A stretch of DNA of 64,000 bases from contig MU004191.1 in the NCBI GenBank assembly GCA_010093605.1, forward strand, positions 1,348,816 through 1,412,815, written 5' to 3'. The translations under genes and the position numbers were made by a program. This stretch comes from Lophium mytilinum (taxonomy: Eukaryota). This document shows, piece by piece, positions 61,762 through 64,000 of the stretch (position 1 is its first letter; each line of letters starts with the position of its first letter). The notes under the pieces are model-generated. The model was given only the letters and a program-made list of their open reading frames with translations. It was not told the origin of the DNA and made no database searches.

Positions 61762-64000
61762 GGCGCTGGCAATGCGGTCTGGAGCAATGTTAATTAGGAT
61801 GCAGTATGAACAAGGACAGAGGGTATGCAAACTGCAGGTACAGTGGAATGGAAGCACACGTAGGCTTGCTTGCAGTCAGAAGCAGCGTGCGCCCCGATTG
61901 AGTTCGACTCGAGCTTTCGACAATGAGCAGAGACAGGCCACAGCAGTGGCCAGACAGGATTGTAAGGGTTATGATCCAGAGCTTCTTCGCAGTCGCAACA
62001 CCCTCGAAGACTGGAGCGGCAGACTGAGCGTGCATCGATCTGGGCTTGTAAAATTTATACACATGCACGGAAGACGGCGGTCAAGATTCCGGGGTGATTG
62101 CTCGTAGGTGCGCTCAACTACGTGGCGAAAGTGATAGCTGAGCCGTCGTTCTGTGAAGCGTGCTGTTCCTGAAGAATCTGGATGTCTTGGGAGAAGGGTC
62201 AATAGCCCATAAAGTAGTTTGCAGACGAAACAGTCGAATAGGTATCACTCTAGTGGCGGCCGGCTGCAGTGGTGGCCCTGTGTACCAATCCTAGGGCAGC
62301 ACGCGCCAACGAACAAGGCCATGTCCAACGGTCGTCTGGCCCTCTGGAGTGCGATAATGTGTAACCAAGGTACAAAAGCTCCCACCGGTACGTCGTCAGA
62401 CATGTGCACAGCCCGTCTCCCCCCGTTGAAGGAGCCGGCCGATGAGCCCAGCGCCCTCTGCGGCAACGCACCCGAGACAAGGTCGCCCCCGTCGAGACAG
62501 GAAATAGACGAAACATGCGGCCCAAGACAGTGCAAATTTGAGGAGGAAAAGACAAAGAGCTAGACGGCAAGGCACAGTAGCCTAGCGCCGCGGGGTTGGT
62601 AGCAACCCACTCCGCATGCGACCCCCACACAATCCCCTTCACTCTTGGTCGTGCTTGGTATTCGTCAGTTTTGTGCGTTTGCTCTCTGCGCGTGGTACCA
62701 CGAATTCCGGTTTGGTCGACAGATGGAGTAGTTGCACGTGTTGACTGCTTGCATCGAGAGTCTGCATCTTTGGGTGGCTATTGTCGTTTAATGACCATGC
62801 AGTGTAGCAAACGTCGAGGGGAGATCTACGCACACCGAGAGTCCTCTTAGGCCGAATGAAATGCGCCGCGCGAAGAAGCTATTGCGTAGGCGCAGCGTGA
62901 AACGGTCGAATACTGTGCCGTGATTTAGTAGTAGACACCATGGCCAACGTGGAAGCGGAGAAAAGAAGAGCAACTCGAAGCGCACTATCAAACTGTGGGG
63001 ACAGCCAGCTCAAAAGATGTGCGTTGATACGGTGAAGCGGGACCATGACAAACAGGTATGAGGATTGCCACGGCCGCATGCCAAGTAGGGAGAATTTCAG
63101 GTGCGCTCTGGCTCCGGTAGAATACCACAACAGATAGGGACATCTCAGCATCCAGAATGACGAGACTGAAGTCGCCATGAAAGGATGGGGTCTGCGATCG
63201 ACCCTGCGTTCGTGCATCCGATATGACGGCGGTGGGTGGACGGCTAATCGTTGCGAGCAAGGCTAGAGCCGCCCTCAGATCAGACGCTGGTTCCCACGAT
63301 GGAGGGGCGTACATCAACGACAGAGCGGTACACCACATCTGGACTGCGGGCCGGTGCACTTTGGGGTAGCCGGCGTCTTGCCAAAGTAGACCCAGTAGCC
63401 GCTACCCCTGTTGCGGAAGATTCGTCAAGTCATCCAGTGCTTTTCCGCAGTAGGAGATGACAGCGATGCAGCAGAGTGGGGCGGCAACGGCGGCGCAAAC
63501 AGAGCCCCTGGAGACGACCCAGCCCGTTACAGTGTCACCGTCTGAGGCGTCATGAGATGAGAATCCCCGGACTTGCCTACACGTGATCTTAAATCACTCC
63601 TTATTGCCAAGGATCGTGGAGAGGTCTCAGTAGGGAACGACATGGTCGTCTCTCCCTTCGCGTGCAGAAGCAGGGACGCGATGAAGCTTAATCCAAAGCG
63701 CGAAAGAGCAGGAGTGCAAACCAACCAAGGCTCAATAACAAAGGAGTCGCTGGCAAACAAGCTAGGGTATCTAGGTGGATGCCTTCGATCGTGATGTTTC
63801 ACAGCAACTCTTTGGTGACGAGCTTTTGGGACGCAGCCCACAAAGTCCTTGCCGATGCGCTAGAGCTCACGTGGTCCTCGCAGAAAATAGCAGAATGAGA
63901 CGTTGCAGAAGCTTTTTGGGGCACATACACAGTGGGCGGTTGAACAACCATTCTGCATAGGAAGAGAAAGAGCACTCGGAGACAGAGAGAACTCCTCAGA

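Noticed and set aside
61800..64000. Many short overlapping ORFs upstream of the last Zn2Cys6 gene
   Set aside because: No coherent exon chain or motifs; consistent with a long regulatory region.

Overview
Intron-containing DNA from a filamentous ascomycete. GT-AG introns with CTRAC branch sites and the gene content suggest Pezizomycotina, possibly a Dothideomycete. About 24 protein-coding genes can be reconstructed by eye. Most are housekeeping or regulatory: CTNNBL1, Svf1, a HAL4/SAT4 kinase, Mzt1, Dib1, SUMO, a Nup2-like nucleoporin, Npr2, two Zn2Cys6 factors, a GT2-like protein, NmrA-like, EthD and GH114. There are also two pseudogenes (an APH-family kinase with one internal stop; an Agd3-like deacetylase relic) and an AT-rich RIP-like patch. 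Six observations stand out. (1) A ~150-bp non-coding element occurs twice, 28 kb apart (20759-20913, 49130-49275); its conserved pairings resemble an HDV-like double-pseudoknot ribozyme. (2) An APH kinase pseudogene is bracketed by ~125-bp structured direct repeats and by inner inverted repeats that share the core of that element, suggesting a mobile cassette. (3) A succinyl-CoA synthetase alpha-beta fusion has an internal presequence-like linker. (4) A divergent histone H4 variant has K20R and a long N-terminal extension. (5) A large secreted protein carries a possibly Kex2-released C-terminal EH...N..K domain. (6) A decayed galactosaminogalactan-cluster remnant is present. All family calls come from motif recognition by eye; no searches were run, and exon boundaries are manual.
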